This document shows positions 1-8,829 of a stretch of DNA of 64,000 bases, piece by piece. A program made the position numbers and the translations under genes. The first letter of the stretch is position 1. The number at the start of each line of letters is the position of its first letter. Location of the stretch: contig CAVPDB010000006.1 in NCBI GenBank assembly GCA_963702545.1, positions 187,594 through 251,593 on the forward strand. Reading direction: 5' to 3'. The DNA is from an uncultured Acidobacteriota bacterium (GTDB lineage: Bacteria; Acidobacteriota; Polarisedimenticolia; J045). The notes under the pieces were generated by a model, which worked only from the letters and a program-made list of their open reading frames with translations, was not told where the DNA came from and did no database searches.

Positions 1-1
1 C

Positions 2-787
<786 letters not shown>

Positions 788-797
788 GCGGGCGGCC

Positions 798-980
798 TCA
801 GGCCGCGCGGCGCGGGGTGGGCGCGACGAGCCGCAGCGCCGGCCGGGAGGCCTTCGCCGTGCGCTCGCGGCGGCGGTCGATCAGCTCCTGCACCAGCCCG
901 ATGCCGAGGCAGATCCAGAGGGCGGCGGTGGCCAGTCCGAGCAGGACGTTCGTGGCGTTGAGCAGGGTCAGTTGCGGCAT
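798..980 (-). CDS. Small single-pass membrane protein (60 aa)
   Basis: MPQLTLLNATNVLLGLATAALWICLGIGLVQELIDRRRERTAK...: one hydrophobic helix then a basic tail; lies just downstream of a sigma-54 promoter motif. Confidence 0.55.
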   Translation of the reverse strand: MPQLTLLNATNVLLGLATAALWICLGIGLVQELIDRRRERTAKASRPALRLVAPTPRRAA

Positions 981-1053
981 GAGGGTCACCTGTCCGACGC
1001 ACGCGAGGCCGGTGGGCGGTGCGCTCCACGTGCGGTGCGGAGAGTCTAGGGAG

Positions 1054-1069
1054 TGCAATCGCGATGCCA
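1054..1069 (-). promoter_or_regulatory. Sigma-54 (-24/-12) promoter
   Basis: Minus strand reads TGGCATCGCGATTGCA (GG-N10-GC), one mismatch from TGGCAC-N5-TTGCA; points at the 798..980 ORF. Confidence 0.75.
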
Positions 1070-1152
1070 TTCCCGTCCGTCGCCGCGGCGCCTCGAGCCC
1101 GTTGCGCGTGGGCCGCTTGCGCGCCGCGCGGGCGCGGCGGCGGGCGCGCCGG

Positions 1153-1190
1153 CGTCGGGAATCCCGACCCGCATGTGGGAAACGCCGACA
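1153..1190. promoter_or_regulatory. Tandem palindromic sites, candidate upstream activator sequences
   Basis: GTCGGG-AAT-CCCGAC (1154-1168) and the related TGTGGGAAACGCCGACA (1174-1190, TGT-N11-ACA), 21 bp apart and about 85-120 bp upstream of the sigma-54 promoter. Confidence 0.55.
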
Positions 1191-1330
1191 TGAAACGCTG
1201 TTTTTATTTCACCTTGACGGGCCTCCCGCTCGTCAGCGCGCGGCCGACGGGAGTACGGTGACATCGACCCACCCGGTCGATGTCGCCGTCGAGCCGCTGC
1301 GCGGCCGCCCGCGACGATCCCCCCGAGGAC

Positions 1331-2140
1331 ATGTCGAACCCCGCGAGTGAACCCCACGCCCCCCAGGGACTGCTGATCGACACCACGCGCTGCATCGGCT
1401 GCGGCGCCTGCTCGCTGGCCTGCGCCGAGCGCGCCGGGCTGCCCGTTCCGGACACGGCGCGCCGCGATGCCGACCTCTCCGATCGCGCCTTCACGGTGGT
1501 CCGCGCGCAGGGCGGGCGCTTCGTGCGCCGGCTCTGCATGCACTGCGACGAGCCGACCTGCGCCTCGGTCTGCCTGGTCGGCGCGTTCCGCAAGACGGCC
1601 GACGGCCCCGTGGTCTACGACGAGTCGCGCTGCATCGGCTGCCGCTACTGCATGCAGGCCTGCCCGTTCACGGTCCCGCGTTACGAGTGGGACAAGGTGC
1701 TGCCGCGCGTGCGCAAGTGCGACCTGTGCGCGCCGCGGCTGGCTGAAGGCCGGCCCACCGCCTGCGCCGCGGCCTGCCCGACCGGCGCGACGCGCTTCGG
1801 CCCCCGCGACGCGCTGCTGGCCGAGGCGCGCGCGCAGATCGCGGCCGAACCCGGGCGCTACCTCCCGCAGGTTTATGGCGCGGTGGAGGCCGGCGGGACC
1901 TCGGTCCTGCTGATCTCGGACGTCCCGTTCGCCGCGCTCGGCTACCCCGACGACCTGCCGCACGAGGCGCTGCCGGCCCTGACCTGGCGCGTCATGTCGC
2001 AGGTGCCGCGGTTCGCCGTGACCGCCGGTGTCTTCCTGGCCGGCGTCTACTGGATCACCAGCCGCCGCGAGGAGGTCGCCGCGGAGCAGGGCCGGCCCGC
2101 GCCCGGCGCCCGGCCGGACGCGGGAAAGGAGGCGCCATGA
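1331..2140 (+). CDS. 4Fe-4S dicluster protein, HybA/HmcB/NrfC-like, with C-terminal membrane anchor
   Basis: LLIDTTRCIGCGACSLAC, CMHCDEPTCASVC, CIGCRYCMQACPF, KCDLC...PTACAAACPTGA, YGAVEAGGTSVL, then a hydrophobic helix; RBS GAGGA before ATG 1331 (alternative start 1280). Confidence 0.92.
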   Translation: MSNPASEPHAPQGLLIDTTRCIGCGACSLACAERAGLPVPDTARRDADLSDRAFTVVRAQGGRFVRRLCMHCDEPTCASVCLVGAFRKTADGPVVYDESRCIGCRYCMQACPFTVPRYEWDKVLPRVRKCDLCAPRLAEGRPTACAAACPTGATRFGPRDALLAEARAQIAAEPGRYLPQVYGAVEAGGTSVLLISDVPFAALGYPDDLPHEALPALTWRVMSQVPRFAVTAGVFLAGVYWITSRREEVAAEQGRPAPGARPDAGKEAP

Positions 2141-3750
2141 CCGCGACGACGTGGCGCGAGCTGCCGGCCGCGGTCCGCTCGCAGGTTGCCGTGGCGCGGC
2201 GCTGGGGCTTCTGGGGCGCGCTCGCCGCGGCCTTCATGGCCATCGGCGCGGTCGCCACGGTGCAGCGCTTTGCGCTGGGGCTGGGCCGCACGACGAACCT
2301 GACCGACCACTTCCCGTGGGGGCTCTGGATCGGGCTCGACTTCCTGGGGATCGGGCTCGCTGCGGCCGGCTTCACGATCGTGGCCAGCGTCCACATCTTT
2401 CACGTCCACCGGTTCGAGCCGATCGTGCGACCCGCCCTGCTGACCGCCTTCATCGGCTATGTGCTGGTGATGGTGGTGCTGGTCGTCGACCTCGGACGGC
2501 CCGACCGGTTCTGGCACGCGATCTTCATGTGGAACCCGCACTCGGTGATGTTCGAGATCACCTGGTGCCTGATCCTCTACTCCACGGTGCTCGCCTTCGA
2601 GTTCGCGCCGGTCGCGCTGCAGCGCTTCGGGATCACGGCACCGCTGCCGCTGCTGCGGAAGATCGCGCTGCCGTTCATCCTGGCGGGGGTCGTGCTCTCG
2701 ACGCTGCACCAGTCGTCGTTCGGCTCGCTGTACCTGATCGTGCCCGGCCGGCTCCACCCGCTCTGGTATTCGCCGCTGCTGCCGGTGCTGTTCTTCATGT
2801 CCTGCCTGGCCGCCGGGCTCTCGACCGTCGTCTTCCTCTGCCTGCACGTCACGCGCTACGGCCGGCGGCGCCTGCCGGTCGCCGTGCTGCCCGACCTGGC
2901 AAAGGTGGTGGCGGTCGTGCTGGCGCTCTACGGCCTGGTCCGGCTGCAGGACCTCGCTGACCGCGGCGTGCTGCGGACAGGCACGCTGGGCTCGTACGAG
3001 GGACTGATGTTCGCCGGGGAGTTCCTGCTCGGCGTGGTGGCGCCGCTCGCCGTGCTCGCGATCCCGCGGGCCCGCCGCGAGCGCGCCGGACTCTACGCCG
3101 CGAGCACGCTGGTGCTGATGGGCTTCGCGGCCAACCGGATGAACACGGTCGTGACCGGCCTCGAGTCCTGGCCGCACACGACCTACTTCCCGTCCTGGCA
3201 GGAAATCGCGATCTCGCTGGGGATCGCAGCCCTTGGCTGCACGCTGTTCGCGCTGGCCGCGCGCTTCTTCGGCGTGATCCCGGACGGGGCGGACGACCCG
3301 GGGCGGGAGTCCGCGGAGGGGGCAGCGCTCCCGGCCGGCCTGCCGCTGCCGCGGCGGCGGCACTTCGCGCTGCTGGCCCTGATCCCGACCGCGCTGCTGG
3401 TGGCCAGCCTCTACGCGACGAGCGTGCTCGAGGAGACGGCGGAGACCGGGCAGTTGCCGCCGCCGCCCGCACCGCCGGTCGATCTCGCGCGCGGGCTCGC
3501 GGCCTTCGAGTTCCCGCGGGACGTGACCTTCGAGCGCGGCGACGGCAGCCCCGGGGCGGTCACCTTCCGGCACCTCTCGCACGTCGACGCCCGGGCGCCC
3601 GAGTGCGCCTCGTGCCACGCCGCGGGCTTTTCCCTGCTCGGAGGGGAGCGCGGCGGGCCGAGGCCGGCCACCGGGACGATGCACGACGGCTGGCACTGCG
3701 GCCGCTGCCACGACGCGGCGCAGGACTGCGGCTTCTGCCACGCGGGCTGA
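2137..3750 (+). CDS. NrfD/HybB-family integral membrane protein fused to a C-terminal triheme c7-type cytochrome
   Basis: TNLTDHFPWGLWIG, DLGRPDRFWH, NPHSVMFEI, STLHQSSFGSL, LHPLWYSP; after one extra helix come VTFRHLSH and three CXXCH motifs (CASCH, CGRCH, CGFCH). ATGA overlap with the upstream gene. Confidence 0.9.
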   Translation: MTATTWRELPAAVRSQVAVARRWGFWGALAAAFMAIGAVATVQRFALGLGRTTNLTDHFPWGLWIGLDFLGIGLAAAGFTIVASVHIFHVHRFEPIVRPALLTAFIGYVLVMVVLVVDLGRPDRFWHAIFMWNPHSVMFEITWCLILYSTVLAFEFAPVALQRFGITAPLPLLRKIALPFILAGVVLSTLHQSSFGSLYLIVPGRLHPLWYSPLLPVLFFMSCLAAGLSTVVFLCLHVTRYGRRRLPVAVLPDLAKVVAVVLALYGLVRLQDLADRGVLRTGTLGSYEGLMFAGEFLLGVVAPLAVLAIPRARRERAGLYAASTLVLMGFAANRMNTVVTGLESWPHTTYFPSWQEIAISLGIAALGCTLFALAARFFGVIPDGADDPGRESAEGAALPAGLPLPRRRHFALLALIPTALLVASLYATSVLEETAETGQLPPPPAPPVDLARGLAAFEFPRDVTFERGDGSPGAVTFRHLSHVDARAPECASCHAAGFSLLGGERGGPRPATGTMHDGWHCGRCHDAAQDCGFCHAG

Positions 3751-3766
3751 CCCGCGGCGCGCGCCG

Positions 3767-5110
3767 TCAGCGCGCCGGCAGGCGCTCCCGCACGGCGGTC
3801 AGCGCGCGCGCCGCGATCGCCGGCCACTCCAGGTCCGGCGACCGCGGGGCCGGCACCCGCACGGCCGGCGCAGTGACCGTATCGATCGCGCGCGCCAGCC
3901 CGGCGGCGACCTCCGGGGCGCCCGTCCCGTCCAGCAGCGTGTGCGCCGGGTAGTCCGCCACGTACTCCGCCGCGCCTCCGGTGTCGGCGATCAGCACGTG
4001 GCGGCCGAAGCTCATGCCGAGCAGCAGCAGCCCGCTGCCGTACCCCTTGCGGTAGGGCAGCGCGAGCACGTCGGCCGCCTCGAGCAGCTCCGCCAGCTCG
4101 CGGGCGCGCAGGAAGCGCGGGATCAGCCGGACGCGCTCCGCGACGCCCGCCTCGCGCGCGAGCCGGCGGGTGCGGTCGAGCGGGTCGGCGGCCGGCGCCC
4201 CGCCGTACCCCGACTCCTCTCCGGCGACGACGAGCACGGCCCGCGCGCAGCGCGGGGCGGCGAGGGCCGCGACGAGCGCGTCGAGGTTCTTGTAGGGCCG
4301 GATCCCGCCGCAGATCACCACCGCGGCCTCTCCCTCCGCGAGTCCCAGCTCGCGCCGCCCGGCCGCACGCGCGGCGGGGCAGCGCGGGTAGGTCGTGTAC
4401 AGCCCGTGACGGCTGACCGCGACCCGGTCGCGCAGGTCCGGGAACAGCGCCTCGAACTCGCCGCGCGCCTGCTCGGAGTGGACGAACAGCAGGTCGCAGG
4501 CCGCGTAGACGCGGCGCAGCGCAGCGACCTCGTCCCCCGCGCTGTCGTGCGGAACCGGGTTGTGGACGGTGTGCGCGAGCGGGAGCCCGAGGGCCCGGCA
4601 CGTGCGCCAGAACGCGGTGCCGTAGATGTCGGGCCACTGCGTCCAGACCAGGTCGTAGCGCCGGCGCCGGAGGTGGAGCGCGAGTTCCAGGCCCAGCAGG
4701 GCGCGGCGGGCCCCCTCGCCTCGGCGGCGGGCCACCGCCGCGTCCTCGGCGGTCCAGGCGGCGGCGCTCGGCAGGTCGTCCGCGCCGCCGGACGCGGACC
4801 AGCCGTCCGCAGGCCGCGGTGTGCAGAGCATGCGCCGCTGCCTGAGCAGCAGGCTGCCGAGGACGGGAAAGCACTGGTGCCGGTGCCGGGCGGGCAACTC
4901 GGAGAGCGGGGAGACGTCGCTGGCGTAGAAGTCGGCGCGCACGCCGTTCGCTTCCAGCCCTTCGGCCAGCTCGAAAGAGTAGGTCGTGATCCCGAAGTCG
5001 CCGAGCGGGTTCAGGATCGCCACCGATCGAAACGGGCTGTTCGGAACCGTTCGCTGCGTCCCCGACTGCCGCATCACCCACCCCGCGAGATCGTACCGCG
5101 GAATGGCCAT
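3767..5110 (-). CDS. Glycosyltransferase family 4 (GT-B fold)
   Basis: HTVHNPVPHD, GGIRPYKNLDAL, ADVLALPYRKGYGSGLLLLGMSFGRHVLIADTGG. Start uncertain (ATG 5110 or 5074). Confidence 0.85.
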   Translation of the reverse strand: MAIPRYDLAGWVMRQSGTQRTVPNSPFRSVAILNPLGDFGITTYSFELAEGLEANGVRADFYASDVSPLSELPARHRHQCFPVLGSLLLRQRRMLCTPRPADGWSASGGADDLPSAAAWTAEDAAVARRRGEGARRALLGLELALHLRRRRYDLVWTQWPDIYGTAFWRTCRALGLPLAHTVHNPVPHDSAGDEVAALRRVYAACDLLFVHSEQARGEFEALFPDLRDRVAVSRHGLYTTYPRCPAARAAGRRELGLAEGEAAVVICGGIRPYKNLDALVAALAAPRCARAVLVVAGEESGYGGAPAADPLDRTRRLAREAGVAERVRLIPRFLRARELAELLEAADVLALPYRKGYGSGLLLLGMSFGRHVLIADTGGAAEYVADYPAHTLLDGTGAPEVAAGLARAIDTVTAPAVRVPAPRSPDLEWPAIAARALTAVRERLPAR

Positions 5111-5139
5111 GCGGGCGGCGGCGCGGGAGGGCCGAGCCC

Positions 5140-6722
5140 TCAGGAGGCGGGCGCGGTGTCCGGCAACGCGTAGAGGTACAGCTCCGGGTTGAGGACGGTG
5201 TCCCAGTCCTCCCTGACCGGGCTCTTCCAGCGCAGCGTGCCGTCCTGGGCCAGTTCCTCGTAGAAACTGCGCTGCGCGCTCGAGCGGCCGCGGGCCCGGC
5301 TGTAGCGCCGGACGTCGTCCGCGGCGACGATCACGTGGGTCACCCCCTTCGCCTGCAGCGCGTCGATCGAGCCCCACTCCGACGAGAGGTGGCGCGAGAA
5401 GAGCACGCGCTGCGGCCCGTGCATCGCCGCCCCCTGGAAGCGCCAGTCGTCGGGCGTCGGGATCCGCGCCTTGCCGTCCTGCGCGATCACGGCGCCGGCC
5501 GGGAGGTTCTCGCGCATCCAGCGCATCAGCTCCACGCGGTAGTCGTGGCGAAAGGCCTCGACCCGCGCCAGGAGCGGCGGCAGCGCGGCGGCGAGCGGGA
5601 GCAGGAGCGCCGCGCCCGTCGCCGCGGCGCGGAGCCGCGGCCGTCCCGCCAGGAACGCGAGCCGGCCGACCGCGGGACCATCAAACCGGCCAGCGTGCGC
5701 AGCCCCAGCTCGACCGGCAGGAAGTACGTCTCGCTGTGCAGCGGCGAGAACGAGAGGACCAGGAGGTTCCAGCCGGTGAAGGCTGCGACCAGCCCCAGCT
5801 CGGGACGCGGACCGCGCCGTCGCAGCGCCTGCGCCACGCCGGCCAGGCCGAGCAGCAGGATCAGCGGCGTCACCTGCTTCAGGTTGCGGCGGTAGCGCAG
5901 GTGCGGCACCGACGAAGGCGCGACGTCGACGTCGCGGAGCTTCCCGGCCACGCCGTGCTTCCACTCGGTCGAGAAGCCGCGCTCGAAGCGGTCGTACTCG
6001 ACCAGGGCGCGGTAGTTGATGGCGGCGACGGCGACCGCGAGCGCGGCCGCCAGCAGGCCAGCCCAGGCCAGGCGCCGGCGCCACGGCGCGCGCGGCGCGT
6101 CCGGTGCCGGCGCCGGGCCCGGCGACGCCGCGCCCCGCCGCTCGCGCGCCAGCAGGACCACCGCCAGGGCCAGCGGCACGAACATGCCGCCGACGTACTT
6201 GGCCGAGATCGCGACCCCGCAGGCCGCGCCCAGCGCGAGCGCGCGCCCCGCCGACGGCCGCCGCGCGAACGCCACCAGCGCCAGCAGGAAGAGGCCGATC
6301 CCCAGCGTGAAGACGGCATCCTCCTTCATGTAGTGCGCCGACTCGTAGAGCACGTACGACGAGCCGGCGAAGAGCGCGACCGCCAGCGCCCCCAGCCAGC
6401 CGCCCGCGCTCCAGCCGATCAGCGAGAGCGCGGCCACCCCGGCCGCGGCCGCCAGCGCCGAGACGGCGCGCCCCTGCTCGATCGCCTCCTGCATCGACTG
6501 CGGCGCGCCCAGCACCAGCCCCGCGGCGTCGGTCGCGGTCAGCATGAGCAGCGGGTGCAGGAAGTTGCGCTCGTCCTTCAGGATCTGGATCCCCTTGTCC
6601 GGCTCGTTGACGTGGTAGTAGCCGGGAAAGCGGCTGTCCATCGAGTAGAGCGCGAAGGCCGCGGCGGCGACGAAGAAGGCCAGCGCGAGCCCGGCCCGGC
6701 GGGTTCCGGTCCCCGCGCTCAC
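5140..6722 (-). CDS. GT39/ArnT-PMT-like polytopic membrane glycosyltransferase (one frameshift near 5670)
   Basis: GTG 6722 overlaps the sulfatase stop (GTGA). HVNEPDK early loop, HYMKED, AISAKY and many hydrophobic helices lie in one frame; the soluble tail (WMRENLPAGAVI...GVTHVIV) continues in the frame ending at 5140. Confidence 0.7.
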
Positions 6723-8737
6723 CGCACGTACCCCAGCGAGCGCAGCTTCTCGACCTCGGCCGACGACAGGTCCTCGAGCTTGACGCGCCGCGAGACCCGC
6801 TCCGCCGGGCCGAGCGCGATCCAGGCCGCAAGCGGCTCCCAGAGCGCGCGCGCCACCTCGGGCCGCTCGCGCGCCAGGTCGTGCACCTCGCCCGGGTCGG
6901 CCTGCAGGTCGTACAGCTCCCAGACCCGCTTCACCGCCGGCCCGTCGTGCGCCGCCCACCACAGCCGCTCGAGCCGCCGCTCGTCGAGCAGCGTCCGGAC
7001 CCGCAGCGGATCGCGTGCCAGGTCGATCCCCGCCGGGTTGTGGATCAGCTTCCAGCGCGGCGTGCGGATCGAGTTCATCAGCGTGTCCTTCGTCTTGCGG
7101 ACCTCGATGAACGCGACCGCGTCGCCGTCGGGCGCGCCGGGCGGCAGGTGCCGCCACAGGCTCGGCCCCTCGAACTTCACCGGGTAGTCGACCCGCAGCG
7201 CGTCGAGGACGGTCGGCACGATCGAGACCGACTCGACGATCGTCCCGACGCGCCGGCCGCCGGCCACGCCGGGCGGGTACCAGACGAGCAGCGGCACCCG
7301 GACGTTGCCCTCGAATGGAACGTGGCCGTGGCCGAAGAAGAACTTGTGCTCCCCCAGGCTCTCGCCGTGGTCCGAGGTCAGGATCACCAGCGTCGACTCG
7401 TCCAGCCCCAGCACGCGCAGCCGCTCGAACAGCCGGCCGATCGCGGAGTCGACGTAGAGGATCTCCTCGTCGTAGCGCTGGACGTAGAGGTCGACGTCGC
7501 GCGAGCCGTTCTCGATCACCGACTCCTTGTGGATTTCGCCCAGGTAGGTCGGGCCGATCGGCGGCTCGGGGCCGTGGTAGAGGTCGGACCAGGCGTCCCC
7601 CGCGAAGGTCCCGCGGAACGGCGGCGGGGGCGTGTAGGGGGCGTGCGGGTCGAGGTAGTGCAGGTAGAGGAAGAACGGCCCGTCCTGGACCTGGTCGATC
7701 CAGTCCAGCGCGGCCTTCGTGGCCGGCGCCGAGTCGCTGGGCCCTTCGGTCGTCCCGACCTCGAAGTAGTCGTCGAACCCCTGCTGGAAGTTGAAGGCCC
7801 GCGAGAGGTTGACGTTGGTGACGACCCCGCCGGTGCGCATCCCGCGCGTGCGCAGGATCTCGGGCAGCGTCAGGACCTTGTCGGGGAGCCAGTCGCGGAC
7901 GGTGTAGATCCCGTGGGTGAAGGGGTAGGTCCCGCTCAGGATCGTGGCGACGCTCGGGCTGGTCGAGGGCTTCTGCACGATCGCGTGCTCGAACAGCGCC
8001 CCTTCGGCCGCGAGCCGGTCGATGTGGGGGCTGGTCTTCCGCGGGTAGCCGTAGCACGAGAGGTGGTCGGCGCGCAGCGTGTCGATCACGACCAGGATCA
8101 CGTTCCGCGGCGCCGGGAAGGTGACGGCCGCGGGCGCGAACGGCCCCGCCCCCTTCCCCTCGCCGCGCGGCGCGGCGACGCCGGCCAGCCCCTCGGGCGC
8201 ATCGGTCCCGTTCCAGAGCAGTCGGACGCCACCCGCCAGCGCGGCCGCGACGGCGAGCGCGACCACCAGCGTCCGCGCGACGGGGCGCGCCGCACCTCGG
8301 GCCAGCGGCCGCGCCGCCAGGACCAGCAGCGCGAGCCCGGCCAGCGCGGCCGCGACGGCCCAGCCCGCGAGCCCGTCGGGGCCGCGCAGCGGCAGCGCTT
8401 CGGCCAGGCGCGGGGCGGCGTAGCGCGCGACCCCGACCGCACCGAGCACCAGTCCCAAGAGGCGCAGCGCGCGCGCGGCCCGGCCCCCCGGCGGGACGAG
8501 CGCCGAGAGCAGCGCCCAGCCCGGGGCCGTCGCCAGGCCCGGCAGCGCCGCCGCCAGCGCGTAGACGGCGAGCGCGTGCAGCCAGACGAGCGGCGCGAGG
8601 GGTGCGCCCGGCGGCATCCCTCCCCGCGCGAACGCGAGGCTGCTTCCGACCAGCGACCCGATCGCGAGGCCGCCGATCGTGGCGCCGGCGATCCACGCCA
8701 GGGCGCCGTGCAGCGCTTCGCTCGCCCTCGTCGGCAC
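6719..8737 (-). CDS. Membrane-anchored sulfatase-like hydrolase/transferase (alkaline phosphatase superfamily)
   Basis: About 5 N-terminal TM helices, then NVILVVIDTLRADHL, STSPSVATILSG, HYLDPHAPY, TSDHGESLGEH, ELYDLQADPGE and the LRSLGY terminus; GTG 8737 preceded by GAGG. Confidence 0.88.
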   Translation of the reverse strand: MPTRASEALHGALAWIAGATIGGLAIGSLVGSSLAFARGGMPPGAPLAPLVWLHALAVYALAAALPGLATAPGWALLSALVPPGGRAARALRLLGLVLGAVGVARYAAPRLAEALPLRGPDGLAGWAVAAALAGLALLVLAARPLARGAARPVARTLVVALAVAAALAGGVRLLWNGTDAPEGLAGVAAPRGEGKGAGPFAPAAVTFPAPRNVILVVIDTLRADHLSCYGYPRKTSPHIDRLAAEGALFEHAIVQKPSTSPSVATILSGTYPFTHGIYTVRDWLPDKVLTLPEILRTRGMRTGGVVTNVNLSRAFNFQQGFDDYFEVGTTEGPSDSAPATKAALDWIDQVQDGPFFLYLHYLDPHAPYTPPPPFRGTFAGDAWSDLYHGPEPPIGPTYLGEIHKESVIENGSRDVDLYVQRYDEEILYVDSAIGRLFERLRVLGLDESTLVILTSDHGESLGEHKFFFGHGHVPFEGNVRVPLLVWYPPGVAGGRRVGTIVESVSIVPTVLDALRVDYPVKFEGPSLWRHLPPGAPDGDAVAFIEVRKTKDTLMNSIRTPRWKLIHNPAGIDLARDPLRVRTLLDERRLERLWWAAHDGPAVKRVWELYDLQADPGEVHDLARERPEVARALWEPLAAWIALGPAERVSRRVKLEDLSSAEVEKLRSLGYVR

Positions 8738-8829
8738 GGTGGGGACCTCGTTCCCGGCCGCCGGGCACCCGCCGGCGCGCCATCGGCGGCAGAGGATAGC
8801 CCAAGCTCCCCGGGCCTGCGCCCCGGGGT

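Noticed and set aside
1331-3750. Calling these genes hydrogenase-2 hybA/hybB
   Set aside because: They are homologous, but no NiFe large or small subunit or maturation genes are present here, so no gene symbols were assigned.
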